DNA from: a bacterium
GTDB taxonomy: Bacteria > JAHJDO01
DNA: 64,000 nucleotides
Direction: 5' to 3'
Assembly: GCA_043824255.1 (NCBI GenBank)
Contig: JBDRTG010000047.1
Coordinates: 224,001-288,000, forward strand
The notes below the pieces were generated by a model, which saw nothing but the letters and a program-made list of their open reading frames with translations, was not told where the DNA came from and searched no databases. The position numbers and the translations under genes were made by a program. The first letter of the stretch is position 1, and each line of letters begins with the position of its first letter. This document shows, piece after piece, positions 1 through 10,048 of the stretch.

Positions 1-581
1 GGCCATTCTTTTTCAAAGTCAGCTTGTTGTATATCAACATTATATTTTCTCCTTCCATAGGCTATCATAGCAGAATTGACATCTATGCCAGAAGCTCTGT
101 ATCCAGATTCGGAAAGGGTATGGACAAACAGGCCATCTGAGCATCCCAAGTCCAAAATACGGGCATTATCTGGAAGGTATCGATTCATCCACTGTTTACG
201 AATCTCTGCGTTGCACCTGCGAAGATTTACGTCATCAAGGTATGAATAATAATTAAGCATAATAGAATTTGTTGAACACACATACTTGTGATCCCAATAT
301 TCCAACGTTCCATAAATATGGTTTCGACTTTCCTGATCAAGTAGTGGATTCTGATAGATTAGACCACACCTTGAGCAACGGACAAAACAAAATTCCTTAG
401 CGAGAAAATGCACAGAATAGACAGGATGACTCTTTTCATTTCCGCAAAAGTCACATTTTCTCACTACAAACTTCAATTTTGATACATTGAGATGACATAA
501 TGCCTGTTTATAGGTATCATTCTGATCGCCATAAGAAGAGTAAGGACTCTCTTTTTTATAAGAATTGCTTGATGAATTCAC
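1..581 (-). CDS. Class I SAM-dependent methyltransferase with N-terminal Cys-rich (Zn-ribbon-like) region; 3' end runs off the window
   Basis: Not in the ORF track; translated by hand. GTG at 581 overlaps the upstream TGA (GTGA). Reads ...RKCDFCG...FVRCSRCGLIYQNP...ARILDLGCSDGLF...GIDVN (SAM motif I) with no stop before position 1. Confidence 0.85.
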   Translation of the reverse strand, partial: MNSSSNSYKKESPYSSYGDQNDTYKQALCHLNVSKLKFVVRKCDFCGNEKSHPVYSVHFLAKEFCFVRCSRCGLIYQNPLLDQESRNHIYGTLEYWDHKYVCSTNSIMLNYYSYLDDVNLRRCNAEIRKQWMNRYLPDNARILDLGCSDGLFVHTLSESGYRASGIDVNSAMIAYGRRKYNVDIQQADFEKEW

Positions 582-2287
582 TTTGGCTCCTTCAACTTTG
601 TTATATCCATTGAAACTTCCCAACCATTTGCGGTCTTTTTACCCAGAATACCGTCTTTAGGTAGTTGGAAGGGACCATCTAAAAGTTCTTTGAATTTCTT
701 TCGTTTTTTTAACATATAAAGATGATATCTCTTGTTAAAACGCTTCCTGAACCACCACCAGTAGCTTCTGGCATAGGTTCTCGCATCTTGATCTCGAATG
801 GCAACCATAAGATCAAGAACGGTAATAAAGACCTTGAACGGTGCCATCCAGAAGATTTTATACATTTTCAATCGGAGCATCAGTCTCTTTGCCCAGGGAG
901 GTAAAAAGCTCATCAAGCGCAACATAATCCTGTATCCATTTAGCAATCTCAAACGCTTCGGATTGACTACCACTGACCCCATAGACATATAATTATCATG
1001 CAAACCGTTTTTGAGTCGTTGAACTTCCTTCTCATCTAATTCTCCTGCGTTGATACCGTGCTGAATCAAATCAGTACCTGGCATGTATTGTAACATAAAT
1101 GGAGCGATTCGGTAACAATAACGGAGCGTGACAAGAAACTCTGCGAATCCCATAAGTTCTCGCTTGATAGACTCTAAAGTCTCATCTTCTGACAGTGGTT
1201 TGGTAGTACCATCCGGAAGCTGTTTTGGCAGACGTGGAAGGCCCAGAATATAATCATAAGCATAATATTGACCCACCCGTTCCATGATTTCCGTGGCCTT
1301 TAAAATCTGTGCATTTGTATCACCCCGATTGAGAACCTTATTTCGCACCTCTTCATCCCAGCATTCAATACCAGTCTGAATAGCAAAGCACCCTGCCTCT
1401 TTTAAAGCTCGAACAGCCGGTTCACTAATGAGACGAGGATGACTAAAACAACGGAAAGGTAGTCCAATTTCCTTTTTATACTTTGCGAAAAACTCCACTG
1501 TCCACCTTTCGCTTGATGCCATCACAGGCTGTCGGAAGTCAATCCATTTGGATTTGTATTTTTGAATATGATTTTTAATCTCTTCGATCAGTGAATCGAC
1601 TGAGCGTTCTCTTACCCGCTTTCCCTTAAGCCGCCGAGCTTCCTTCCCAAGAAAAGATAAACAGCAGTAGGTACACATAAACGGACATCCTCGCGATGAA
1701 CAGGCAAGATAGGAGTAATGCATTGGTATATGAGGTGCAAACAACTCTTTGTCAATTGTGGGTAGTGCATCAATATCTTCTATGAGTGGACGCATTTCAT
1801 TCTTTATTAGTGTGCCATCCTCAAGGCGGAACCATAGATTTTTAATTGAGTAATCAATCTTCCCTGCATCGATACTGTTGCATAGCTCTAATAGTGGATA
1901 TTCGCCCTCACCGAGACAAATTATGTCTACTGCCGGGTCATCCGGAAGAAGAACCTCCCTAGGTGCAGAATAGGGATGTATCCCACCAAAGATTACAGGG
2001 ACTCTATAGTATTTTTTAAGCTCTGTAGCCAATGCCTGCATCTCCTGATACTGTATCGTTTGTACATGAAAACCAACCAGGTCGGGTTCGAGTTCAATAA
2101 TTCTTTGTAGAACAAGATCCCTCTGGTCTAAAAGCCTGGCTAAGGGCTTAATGCACAAATAGTTTTTGTCATCAAACAACGCCTGCTTATAAACAAGATG
2201 AACCTCATGACCATGCTTTTTAAGCATAGATGAAAGTGCCTGCAATGATATATTTTCCCACCCGATTGCTACAAAAACACATCTCAT
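578..2287 (-). CDS. Cobalamin-binding radical SAM protein (ENIS subfamily)
   Basis: N-terminal B12-binding-type domain (GGIHP, GEGE) followed by SRGCPFMCTYC. Confidence 0.9.
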   Translation of the reverse strand: MRCVFVAIGWENISLQALSSMLKKHGHEVHLVYKQALFDDKNYLCIKPLARLLDQRDLVLQRIIELEPDLVGFHVQTIQYQEMQALATELKKYYRVPVIFGGIHPYSAPREVLLPDDPAVDIICLGEGEYPLLELCNSIDAGKIDYSIKNLWFRLEDGTLIKNEMRPLIEDIDALPTIDKELFAPHIPMHYSYLACSSRGCPFMCTYCCLSFLGKEARRLKGKRVRERSVDSLIEEIKNHIQKYKSKWIDFRQPVMASSERWTVEFFAKYKKEIGLPFRCFSHPRLISEPAVRALKEAGCFAIQTGIECWDEEVRNKVLNRGDTNAQILKATEIMERVGQYYAYDYILGLPRLPKQLPDGTTKPLSEDETLESIKRELMGFAEFLVTLRYCYRIAPFMLQYMPGTDLIQHGINAGELDEKEVQRLKNGLHDNYMSMGSVVVNPKRLRLLNGYRIMLRLMSFLPPWAKRLMLRLKMYKIFWMAPFKVFITVLDLMVAIRDQDARTYARSYWWWFRKRFNKRYHLYMLKKRKKFKELLDGPFQLPKDGILGKKTANGWEVSMDITKLKEPK

Positions 2288-3009
2288 TAATTATCTTTTT
2301 CTCTTCTTATCTTCCAAAAATATCTCATCATATCCCAAAGAGCTCCCAAAATAACGAAAAAGTTAGAATGGGTTGGTTTACCCCTTACACGCTTTTTCAT
2401 CTTAGAAGGCACTTCTACCATAATCAGCCGATTTCTTCGTGCCTCAATCAGAATCTCAACAAGAAAAAAGAATTTTGTGGCATTGAATTTGATAATACCA
2501 TTCGTAAACAAATTTCTCCGATATACCTGTATCCAGTTTACATCAGATATACCAATATTAAATAATAACGGGACTAAAATTCTATTGTAGAGGAAGGACG
2601 CAAAATAGGCGAACCAAGTGTATCCTACACGCTCGACTCGACAGCCTACTACAATATCACAAATGTCCAACCAAGGAATGTATGTATTTATATCTTCGAT
2701 ATCCATTGGGTTGTCTATTGGGACAAAGATCACAAATTCCTTTGTAGCATGATTAATTCCAGTCTGGAAGGCAGCACCTGTCCCTTGATTTTTTTTGTGG
2801 TGAATAACTTTAACTTCCTCATTGATGTTAGCAATCTCCTCCGATATTTCACCAGTTTTGTCTAAACTATTATCATTGATAATAATCATTTCAAAATCAA
2901 AATTCATAGAGCGAAAAACTTTTAAGGTATGTAATACCGCTTTCCCCAGATTATGTTCTTCGTTGTAAGCAGGCATGATAACAGAAATACTTTTTTGCTT
3001 CTTATCCAT
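2287..3009 (-). CDS. Glycosyltransferase family 2, polyprenol-phosphate glycosyltransferase (DPM1-like)
   Basis: ISVIMPAYNEE, INDNSLDKT, NQGTGAA motifs; 240 aa. Confidence 0.85.
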   Translation of the reverse strand: MDKKQKSISVIMPAYNEEHNLGKAVLHTLKVFRSMNFDFEMIIINDNSLDKTGEISEEIANINEEVKVIHHKKNQGTGAAFQTGINHATKEFVIFVPIDNPMDIEDINTYIPWLDICDIVVGCRVERVGYTWFAYFASFLYNRILVPLLFNIGISDVNWIQVYRRNLFTNGIIKFNATKFFFLVEILIEARRNRLIMVEVPSKMKKRVRGKPTHSNFFVILGALWDMMRYFWKIRREKDN

Positions 3010-4108
3010 AAAATTCCTTTATCACCTTCACAACTGAGTCAATCTGCTCATCTGTAATTTCAGGGAACATGGGAAGCGACAGTATTCTATCTGCAAGCAT
3101 TTCCGAGACTGGAAAGTTACCTTTTTTAAACCCCAGAGAGGCAAATGCTTGGTGTAAATGAATAGGAACAGGATAATGAATACCACATTGGATGCCACGC
3201 TCAGTTAAAAAGGCTAAAAGCTCATCCCTACGATCACACTGTATAACAAAGAGATGAAATACATGCCGCAAAATATCATCGTGGTCAAAATTTGGCACCT
3301 TTATACTTTTGAGGTCCTTCAGTGTATCAGCATATCTACAAGCAGCTTGAAAACGGTTTTTATTCCAGTCGTTAAGAAAATTCAATTTTACATTCAGAAC
3401 AGCCGCATGCAGGGAATCTAATCGACTGTTTGTTCCTGTAACCTTATGAATATGTTTCTTAACAGACCCGTAATTACGCAGTAGCCTTAATTGATCCGCA
3501 AGTCTTTGGTCATTAGTAGCCACAAGCCCACCATCACCAAAAGCCCCGAGGTTCTTTGTCGGGTAGAAGCTGAAACATCCAATGACACCAAAACTGCCTA
3601 CGCGTTTTCCTTTCCACATAGCTCCGTGAGCCTGACAAGCATCCTCAATAAGAATAAGATTGTGCTTTTTTACAAAGGATGAAATAGCATCCATATTCAT
3701 GCTCTGTCCGTAAAGATGAACCGGGATAATTGCTTTTGTACGGTCAGTGAGTTGTTTTTCTGCTTTAGCTAAATCCATCAAAAATGATTCTGGGTAGACA
3801 TCGACTGGTACAGGAACCCCACCCAAATTGTAAACCCCAAGTGCTGTAGCAATAAAAGTGTTCGCCGGTACCAATACCTCATCCCCAGGACCAATTTTAA
3901 GAGCGTAACAGCTAAGACGCAAAGCATCTGTACCGCTTGCAACACCCACAGCTTCTTTAACGCCTAAATAGGAAGCAAAATTTTTTTCAAACTGCTTAAC
4001 CTCAGGGCCTAAGATAAATTTGGCGGAAGTACAAACCTTTGAAGTCGCATTTTCCAAGGCTTCGCGATGTAGCAAATATTGCTTTTTTAAATCCACAAAA
4101 GGTATCAT
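3002..4108 (-). CDS. DegT/DnrJ/EryC1/StrS PLP-dependent sugar aminotransferase
   Basis: MIPFVDL start (ATG 4108 in an ATGA overlap with the upstream stop), SGTDAL, EDACQAHG, SFYPTKNLGAFGDGG. Confidence 0.95.
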   Translation of the reverse strand: MIPFVDLKKQYLLHREALENATSKVCTSAKFILGPEVKQFEKNFASYLGVKEAVGVASGTDALRLSCYALKIGPGDEVLVPANTFIATALGVYNLGGVPVPVDVYPESFLMDLAKAEKQLTDRTKAIIPVHLYGQSMNMDAISSFVKKHNLILIEDACQAHGAMWKGKRVGSFGVIGCFSFYPTKNLGAFGDGGLVATNDQRLADQLRLLRNYGSVKKHIHKVTGTNSRLDSLHAAVLNVKLNFLNDWNKNRFQAACRYADTLKDLKSIKVPNFDHDDILRHVFHLFVIQCDRRDELLAFLTERGIQCGIHYPVPIHLHQAFASLGFKKGNFPVSEMLADRILSLPMFPEITDEQIDSVVKVIKEFYG

Positions 4109-4635
4109 AAATTTCGTTTTTTTACCTTTCCTCCTCCTCCACCGAGCCATCGCTCCTGAGGAGATAAAGTACGTAAGGCCCGTGCTGGATTGCCTGCAAC
4201 CACAGTGTGAGCTGGCACATCTTTCGTAACCATGCTCCCCGCACCTACAACAGCCCCTTCATTGATTTTTACATCACATAATATAATGGCCCCGCTACCG
4301 ATGCTAGCCCCATAACACACCCTGACCCCTTCAGCCTGCCAGGTTTTCTCTGTCGCCTTTCCAGCCGTCGGATAACGATCATTAATAAAACTCACGTTAT
4401 GCCCCACAAAAACGTCATCTTCAATTACAACATTAGAGCATATAAAAGCGTGAGATTGTATTCGCACGCGTTTTCCTATCCTTACACCTTTTTGTATCTC
4501 CACAAATGGGCCGATTCGGCTATCATCACCTATCTTGCACCCATAAAGATTAGCGTGCCCGTAAACTATAACATTCTCACCAAATTCAACGTCATCTGAG
4601 ATAGTACAAAATTTACCAATTTTTGCGCTTATCAA
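4105..4635 (-). CDS. Left-handed beta-helix sugar N-acetyltransferase (WlbB/WbpD-like)
   Basis: Hexapeptide repeats, GPFVEIQK, FINDRYP, VGAGSMVTKDVP...GNPAR. Confidence 0.9.
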   Translation of the reverse strand: MISAKIGKFCTISDDVEFGENVIVYGHANLYGCKIGDDSRIGPFVEIQKGVRIGKRVRIQSHAFICSNVVIEDDVFVGHNVSFINDRYPTAGKATEKTWQAEGVRVCYGASIGSGAIILCDVKINEGAVVGAGSMVTKDVPAHTVVAGNPARALRTLSPQERWLGGGGGKVKKRNL

Positions 4636-5663
4636 CTAACATCCTGTGAAGCTCCACCAGAAAGCATTGAACGGTGGATAGCAACAAGTACCCGGGTTAC
4701 TTCAGCCCCAAAGCGACCATCAGAGATATTCTCTGCATCATCAAGTACTACATTAACGAAAGTATCAACCATCTGTTTGAGGGGCTCGACCATTTCGACT
4801 TTTGGACTAATAATGTCACCATCGCGGAGCAAAAATTGAAACCCACCATAATCGGGTTCAACTCGATCAACAATCCCTATCCCTTTTTCAAAAATACGAA
4901 TGGGCTCTAAATTATTCAGGTCATCAAACTCTGCCCTGGCTTTGCTTCCAATAACCCGTACCACCCGTTCCTTGTTCGAATTAATCCAGCTTACGTGTAT
5001 CTGGCCAACTATTCCACAAGGATAAAAAAGATTTATAAATGCAAAGTCAGACCTATTCAGGCTAATAGGGTTTGCTCCTACTGCTGAGACCCGCTCCGGA
5101 AAAGTGCCAATAAGATAATTCATAATAGAAATGTCGTGTGGAGCTAAGTCCCACACAACACTAATATCCTGACGAATCAACCCTATATGCGTTCTCGTTG
5201 CTGTTAAATAATACAATCTACCCAACCTTTCAGAACCGATCAGCTCTTTGAGTTTTCTAATACCGTTGTTAAAAAGAAAAGTAAACCCTACCATGAGTTT
5301 TAATTTCGATTGCTCAGCGAGTTTGCAAAGATTCTGCCCTTGGCCTATATCCAATGCAAGAGGCTTTTCACCTAAGACATGCTTCTTTGCAATTAGTGAT
5401 TCTCTAATGAGATTATAATGAGTTGAAGCAGGGGTTACAATAACCACCGCATCAATGTCAGGGTTATTAATTAAACGGGATGCTTCAGTAGTAAACTGGC
5501 ATGCTTCAGGAAGCAGATCGCTTACCCGATGAAACGCAGACTTTGAGATATCACATACAGATATAAGCCGTACTCGAGGGTGTCTGGCAAAATTACGAAC
5601 CACATTTGGTCCCCAGTGACCAAGACCTATAACACCTACTGATAGTTTATTATCTAAACCCAT
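4632..5663 (-). CDS. Gfo/Idh/MocA family NAD-dependent oxidoreductase
   Basis: GVIGLGHWGPN, HVLGEKPL, WDLAPHD. Confidence 0.92.
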   Translation of the reverse strand: MGLDNKLSVGVIGLGHWGPNVVRNFARHPRVRLISVCDISKSAFHRVSDLLPEACQFTTEASRLINNPDIDAVVIVTPASTHYNLIRESLIAKKHVLGEKPLALDIGQGQNLCKLAEQSKLKLMVGFTFLFNNGIRKLKELIGSERLGRLYYLTATRTHIGLIRQDISVVWDLAPHDISIMNYLIGTFPERVSAVGANPISLNRSDFAFINLFYPCGIVGQIHVSWINSNKERVVRVIGSKARAEFDDLNNLEPIRIFEKGIGIVDRVEPDYGGFQFLLRDGDIISPKVEMVEPLKQMVDTFVNVVLDDAENISDGRFGAEVTRVLVAIHRSMLSGGASQDVS

Positions 5664-5791
5664 TGAATTTCTCCTGATTTTATAGAATTGTTCTTATTTA
5701 AACTAAAAAATCGGTTTAATATATCTTTTCTTCTTTTTCTTATAGCATATACTATATCAAAGACCGGAATAACAATACTAATGTTTGACAT
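5654..5791 (-). pseudogene. Collapsed GT2 remnant (45 aa)
   Basis: Hand translation MSNISIVIPVFDIVYAIRKRRKDILNRFF...QWV*: the GT2 N-terminal motif ISIVIPV is joined directly to a basic C-terminal tail. Confidence 0.6.
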
Positions 5792-5823
5792 ATATTGTCT
5801 GCTACTTATTGAGAAAGGACATA

Positions 5824-5988
5824 TTAATAATCCTCCAATTTTCTAAACGCATCTTCATAAATTTTCTTCCAACTCAGTCCAGAGGCAAATTCTAAAGCAT
5901 TCTTTCTGCATTTGCTATGAAATTCGTCGTTGCTAAGTAATTTTACAACAGCATCTAATAATTTCTTTGGTAGTAATTCGTTCATCAT
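5824..5988 (-). pseudogene. Collapsed remnant: short gene start fused to a GT4 C-terminus (54 aa)
   Basis: MMNELLP-KKLLDAVVKLLSNDEFHSKCRKNALEFASGLSWKKIYEDAFRKLEDY*; the tail closely matches the end of 11079..12233 (CRRNALEFASKLSWKKIYDHAFKRIS). Confidence 0.85.
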
Positions 5989-6375
5989 CTACACAAACCC
6001 CCTGACCTTTTCCATAACCTTTTCTAAAATCCACCACTCTACAGGAAACTTAAAATATTTCCTCCGCCATCGCCACTTGGCTAAAATGGCGAATATATAG
6101 TAACTGATATTATAAGGAAATCGTCCAAAACGTCCTCCAGCAATTACTATCTTCACATCTTTCAGTTTAAATTCCCTTTGATAAAATGGAAAATGAGTCA
6201 ATATGGATATGATCTTGTATTTGTTGATATAGCTTTTAGGTTGCCAAGTAGCCCCCACATTTCTATATATTCCAAAATTGGCCCAGGCCTCTAATGAATC
6301 CTGTACTCGATAGTTGTATTTTGCCTTTACCAGATCGAAAAGAGGAATTATTATCGAATAGTTCACTGTTTCCAT
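5989..6375 (-). pseudogene. Chimeric remnant: GT2 N-terminus fused in frame to a probable B12-radical SAM C-terminal domain
   Basis: METVNYSIIIPLF is a GT2 start. It continues PLFDLVKAKYNY..DSLEAWANF...AKWRWRRKYFKFPVEWW, resembling (from recall) the segment after PGTPLF in B12-rSAM tails. Neither catalytic core is present. Confidence 0.65.
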
Positions 6376-6407
6376 TTTATCCTTCTTTTGTATTCTAACT
6401 TAATCCA

Positions 6408-6687
6408 TTATGATTTATCGAAATTTTTTATTATAGCTACATTATAAGTCAAAAAAGGATGAAACACAGGAGTTTTTTCCAATAAAGACTCCATTAAATG
6501 CAAAAAGCATATTATACCGGCATGTGACACCGGATATACCCTGGTTTCAATTCGCCCGATTTTCGCGTTACTAAAGTGATTTTTGATTAGTTTCATAAAA
6601 AACCCTCTGGTAAAATGTTCGTGACTGAGCATCAAAATATCTCTCCTGAAAGTCGTGCTGTTTTTTAGCTTCGGTGTTTTTTGTCAT
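6408..6687 (-). pseudogene. Collapsed methyltransferase remnant
   Basis: ATG at 6687 (TAATG overlap) gives MTKNTEAKKQHDFQERYFD. Another frame gives LMLSHEHFTR...ETRVY...FLTYNVAIIK, a paralogue of the C-terminus of 8203..8817. The SAM-binding motif is missing. Confidence 0.8.
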
Positions 6688-8198
6688 TATCTTAACTTGA
6701 ATTTACTTTTGCTGTTAAAAAAATACCATATAATTTTCTTAAAAGGATCTAATTGCATAAAACTGGTTCCTGTCCTCATATTTAATATCAGTTTTACACC
6801 CGGCATTAAAATTAAGGGCAATTTGTTAAAATGCTTATACAAATGTGTCCTCAATAAAAAATTAATGACCTTTTTGGGAATTAAAGGCATAATGGTAAAA
6901 AAAAGAGCAAATTTGTCAAAATTGCTGACTCTTTTTGTCTTTCTACAATAGCTGGTATAATAGACAGGGAATACACCTTGATTAATTTTTTCTTTATCGC
7001 TTTCATTTAAAACACCAGCTTCTATAGCAATATCAATAATTTCGGTCTTAGGCGAGTAAGTTAAATTATAAGTATCTATAATTTTTGGTCTAGTTTTATT
7101 ATACAACCCTATAGCTTCCTTGATGTCACTTTCCGTTTCATATGGAAAGTTAAAAATATGGTTAAAAGAAAAATTGAGGCGTGACTTTCGGCAAATTTTA
7201 GAAAAATTTATAATATCTGCATTTGATTCATATCTCTTAAGAGATGTTTTTCGAAATTTTTCAGAACCGGATTGAATCCCTACCATAACAAGCCTGCAAT
7301 TTGCTGCCTTTAACGCATAAGCTTGCCGTTCAGAAATAGTTTTCAGGTGAGTAATACATAAAAAAGGCACGTTGATTTTTCTTTGATATTCTACTAAAAA
7401 TGAATCCAGCCATTTCGTATTTATTGAAAAAACATCGTCATTAAAAATTAAGGCCTTTATTTTATATTTTTCTTTTAGAAATTCCAGTTCCGCTATAACG
7501 TTTTCGACACTTCTCTGGCGAACATATTTAACATTTGAGGAACCTGAGCAAAAAACTCTTCTTAAAGCTACACTGGCACAATATGTGCAATTAAAAGGGC
7601 ACCCTCTACTGGCAATAATAACAGGGTAACGTTTATAGAAAGAAGGCATCTTATCGTAGAAAAGGTCATAGTCCGGGAAAGGTATATCATCCAGGTTTAA
7701 ACTCAAAGGTTTTAATTCATTTTTAATTATTTTCCCGTTTTTTTTGTACCATATATTAGGCACAGTAAGCTCTTTATCCTTCTTATCTATAAGCTCTGCC
7801 AATTTTAAAATTGATTCCTCAGCTTCACCAATACAAATCATATCAACAGATTCCTCATTTATCACAATATCAGGAACTAGAGTAGGATGAGGACCCCCCA
7901 ATATTATCGGTTTATCCGGATACTTTTTTTTAAGGGCTCGGCATAAATTAAGAGCCCATTGATAATCTGAGGTCATCACCGAAAAACAAAATATATCAGT
8001 ATCTTCATTGATCTGGTTTAAAAGATCTGTCTTTTTTGTATCAAAGAGACTCGGCAAAAAAACACTTTTAAAGAATTTATTGTTAAATGGGTTAAGGTCG
8101 AAAATTAAATCAACCTTATGTCCCGCAGTTTTAAGAACCCGTGAAAGATAAGCTACGCCTGTACTAAAAGTTTCACGGTAAAAAAAAGTGGCTTTCAT
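6687..8198 (-). CDS. Cobalamin-binding radical SAM protein
   Basis: GGPHPT, GEAE, SRGCPFNCTYC, FNDDVF; close paralogue of 48865..50355. Confidence 0.92.
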   Translation of the reverse strand: MKATFFYRETFSTGVAYLSRVLKTAGHKVDLIFDLNPFNNKFFKSVFLPSLFDTKKTDLLNQINEDTDIFCFSVMTSDYQWALNLCRALKKKYPDKPIILGGPHPTLVPDIVINEESVDMICIGEAEESILKLAELIDKKDKELTVPNIWYKKNGKIIKNELKPLSLNLDDIPFPDYDLFYDKMPSFYKRYPVIIASRGCPFNCTYCASVALRRVFCSGSSNVKYVRQRSVENVIAELEFLKEKYKIKALIFNDDVFSINTKWLDSFLVEYQRKINVPFLCITHLKTISERQAYALKAANCRLVMVGIQSGSEKFRKTSLKRYESNADIINFSKICRKSRLNFSFNHIFNFPYETESDIKEAIGLYNKTRPKIIDTYNLTYSPKTEIIDIAIEAGVLNESDKEKINQGVFPVYYTSYCRKTKRVSNFDKFALFFTIMPLIPKKVINFLLRTHLYKHFNKLPLILMPGVKLILNMRTGTSFMQLDPFKKIIWYFFNSKSKFKLR

Positions 8199-8202
8199 TG
8201 TC

Positions 8203-8817
8203 TTATTTCAATTTTACTATTGCGTAGTTATAAGTTAAAAATTTATCAAAAAGGGAAATGTTTTCTACTACATCTTCAAATTTATGGCATAATTTTATTA
8301 TAAATGAATTATTAGTAAGATAAACTCTGCCCTCAAAACGGTTGAATTTTGCCTCAGGGAAAACGCTGTTGATAATCCTTTGAAATTTACTTCTGGTAAA
8401 ATGCTGATGTTCGAGCATCAAGGTCATATGAAAATAGAAAATGGGATTAAAACGATTAGCTTCGACGATTACTATTGTGCCTCCTACCGTTGTTACTCTA
8501 TTAATTTCCTTCAAAGCTTCTTCAGGCTCAGAAACATGATGCAGAGCTTCTTTGGAAAAAGTTATATCAAAATCTTCCTCTGCAAAAGGTAAGTTACAGA
8601 TATCAGCGACTTGAAATTTAACATTATCTTTTTTAATCTTTCCCCAGTTTGGATGGGCATTTATATCAACTCCTATTATTTCTTTAACACGATTCGAAAG
8701 AAGAATAGTATCACCACCTTCACCACAACCTGCATCCAACACTTTCTGTGTCTTATTTGTTTGAATGTTAATTTTTTCATGCATTCTCTTACGATAATCT
8801 AAAACAGAGCTAATCAT
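8203..8817 (-). CDS. Class I SAM-dependent methyltransferase
   Basis: VLDAGCGEG, GVDIN, LPFAEEDFD, ALHHV. Confidence 0.92.
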   Translation of the reverse strand: MISSVLDYRKRMHEKINIQTNKTQKVLDAGCGEGGDTILLSNRVKEIIGVDINAHPNWGKIKKDNVKFQVADICNLPFAEEDFDITFSKEALHHVSEPEEALKEINRVTTVGGTIVIVEANRFNPIFYFHMTLMLEHQHFTRSKFQRIINSVFPEAKFNRFEGRVYLTNNSFIIKLCHKFEDVVENISLFDKFLTYNYAIVKLK

Positions 8818-10048
8818 TTCTCATCTCTTTATTTAGATATCTTTTTCTTTTTCGTATTTTTTGAAGAGCATCAGCGATTACATCTGGATTGTGAAGCATT
8901 GAATTAGTCAACGCACAAGGATATGTGCACCAGCATGAAGACAATTGTCTCCGCTGTTTTTCTGCTGCTTCTGATTTCCAACACTTTAATAAATTGTAGT
9001 CATAATTCTTAAGATGTGCGTAGGGTTTGACAACTTCGCATAAAGAGGTCTGCCCGTCCGCGAATACAGTGGCAGTATTCCTAGGAAATAGACATGTTAC
9101 AACAGCATGCTTTTCACGAACTATACGAAGATGATACTCTCGAACCAATGAGCGCCATATTATCAACCCATTTGGCAAGCCCCATTCCAGTTCAAAATTC
9201 TGAATATCATTTAGAAGACGTTCACATGTTTTCATATCAGGTAATAGATCTTCTTCCCCTCCAGCATCCAGCAAAAGTGATTTATCAAGTCCTCCCACAT
9301 CCCTACTATCCTGCCGAACAAAAGTAAACACGAATTCACATGTTAAACTTTTTCTAATCATTTTGTAGAAATCCATAAACGTAGAAGCATTATCTCTTTG
9401 GATAACAGAATTTACAATGGGTATTAAACGATGGTCATCATGACTTCGTTTTTCCAAAGCCTTCAATGTTGACATGGCTTTATGAAAGCCGCCGGGGAAC
9501 CTGCGAATGGAATCATGAACATTTGGAATGCCATCAAGAGAAATTGGTATGCGAAGCTGGAAATTTCTCTTGGATTCTAGTATATAGTCAATAGCATAAA
9601 GTAATCGCTCTCGTAGTAACCCATTGGATGTGATTATAAGAGTCTGAATTTTACCCATATCAATAAAATAGCGAGCAATTTGCGGCAAGTCTCCACGAGT
9701 GGTAGGTTCTCCACCACATAGCAAAACTGTCTGAACTTGTCCCTTAAGGGAAAGACATATTTTTTCAATATCATGTAAGCTAATTAGCTGAACTGGGCGA
9801 TTCAATTCAGAAGCATAAAAACAATGACGGCATTTCTGATTGCATATATTGGTAATAAAGAAGAAAATGGTTTCGGGTGAAGTTATTTTGTCTAGTTTCT
9901 GTAATTTAGCATACACATAACTCTTGGCAAGAAAACGGTTAACAGAATAAGGGAGTAAACTTAATAGTCCTATTACTTGGTCTCGTCGGCGTTCCGTTGA
10001 AAATTTCATTACAAACTTGTCCATTAAAATCCCGATTTTTTCTAACAT
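8810..10048 (-). CDS. Radical SAM protein with C-terminal SPASM/twitch-like Cys region
   Basis: CNQKCRHC, GGEP, ISLDG; C-terminal C...LCE...CWCTYPC. Confidence 0.9.
   Translation of the reverse strand: MLEKIGILMDKFVMKFSTERRRDQVIGLLSLLPYSVNRFLAKSYVYAKLQKLDKITSPETIFFFITNICNQKCRHCFYASELNRPVQLISLHDIEKICLSLKGQVQTVLLCGGEPTTRGDLPQIARYFIDMGKIQTLIITSNGLLRERLLYAIDYILESKRNFQLRIPISLDGIPNVHDSIRRFPGGFHKAMSTLKALEKRSHDDHRLIPIVNSVIQRDNASTFMDFYKMIRKSLTCEFVFTFVRQDSRDVGGLDKSLLLDAGGEEDLLPDMKTCERLLNDIQNFELEWGLPNGLIIWRSLVREYHLRIVREKHAVVTCLFPRNTATVFADGQTSLCEVVKPYAHLKNYDYNLLKCWKSEAAEKQRRQLSSCWCTYPCALTNSMLHNPDVIADALQKIRKRKRYLNKEMRND

Noticed and set aside
4109..4150. N-terminal extension of the DegT ORF
   Set aside because: It overlaps the acetyltransferase; MIPFVDL at 4108 is the family-typical start
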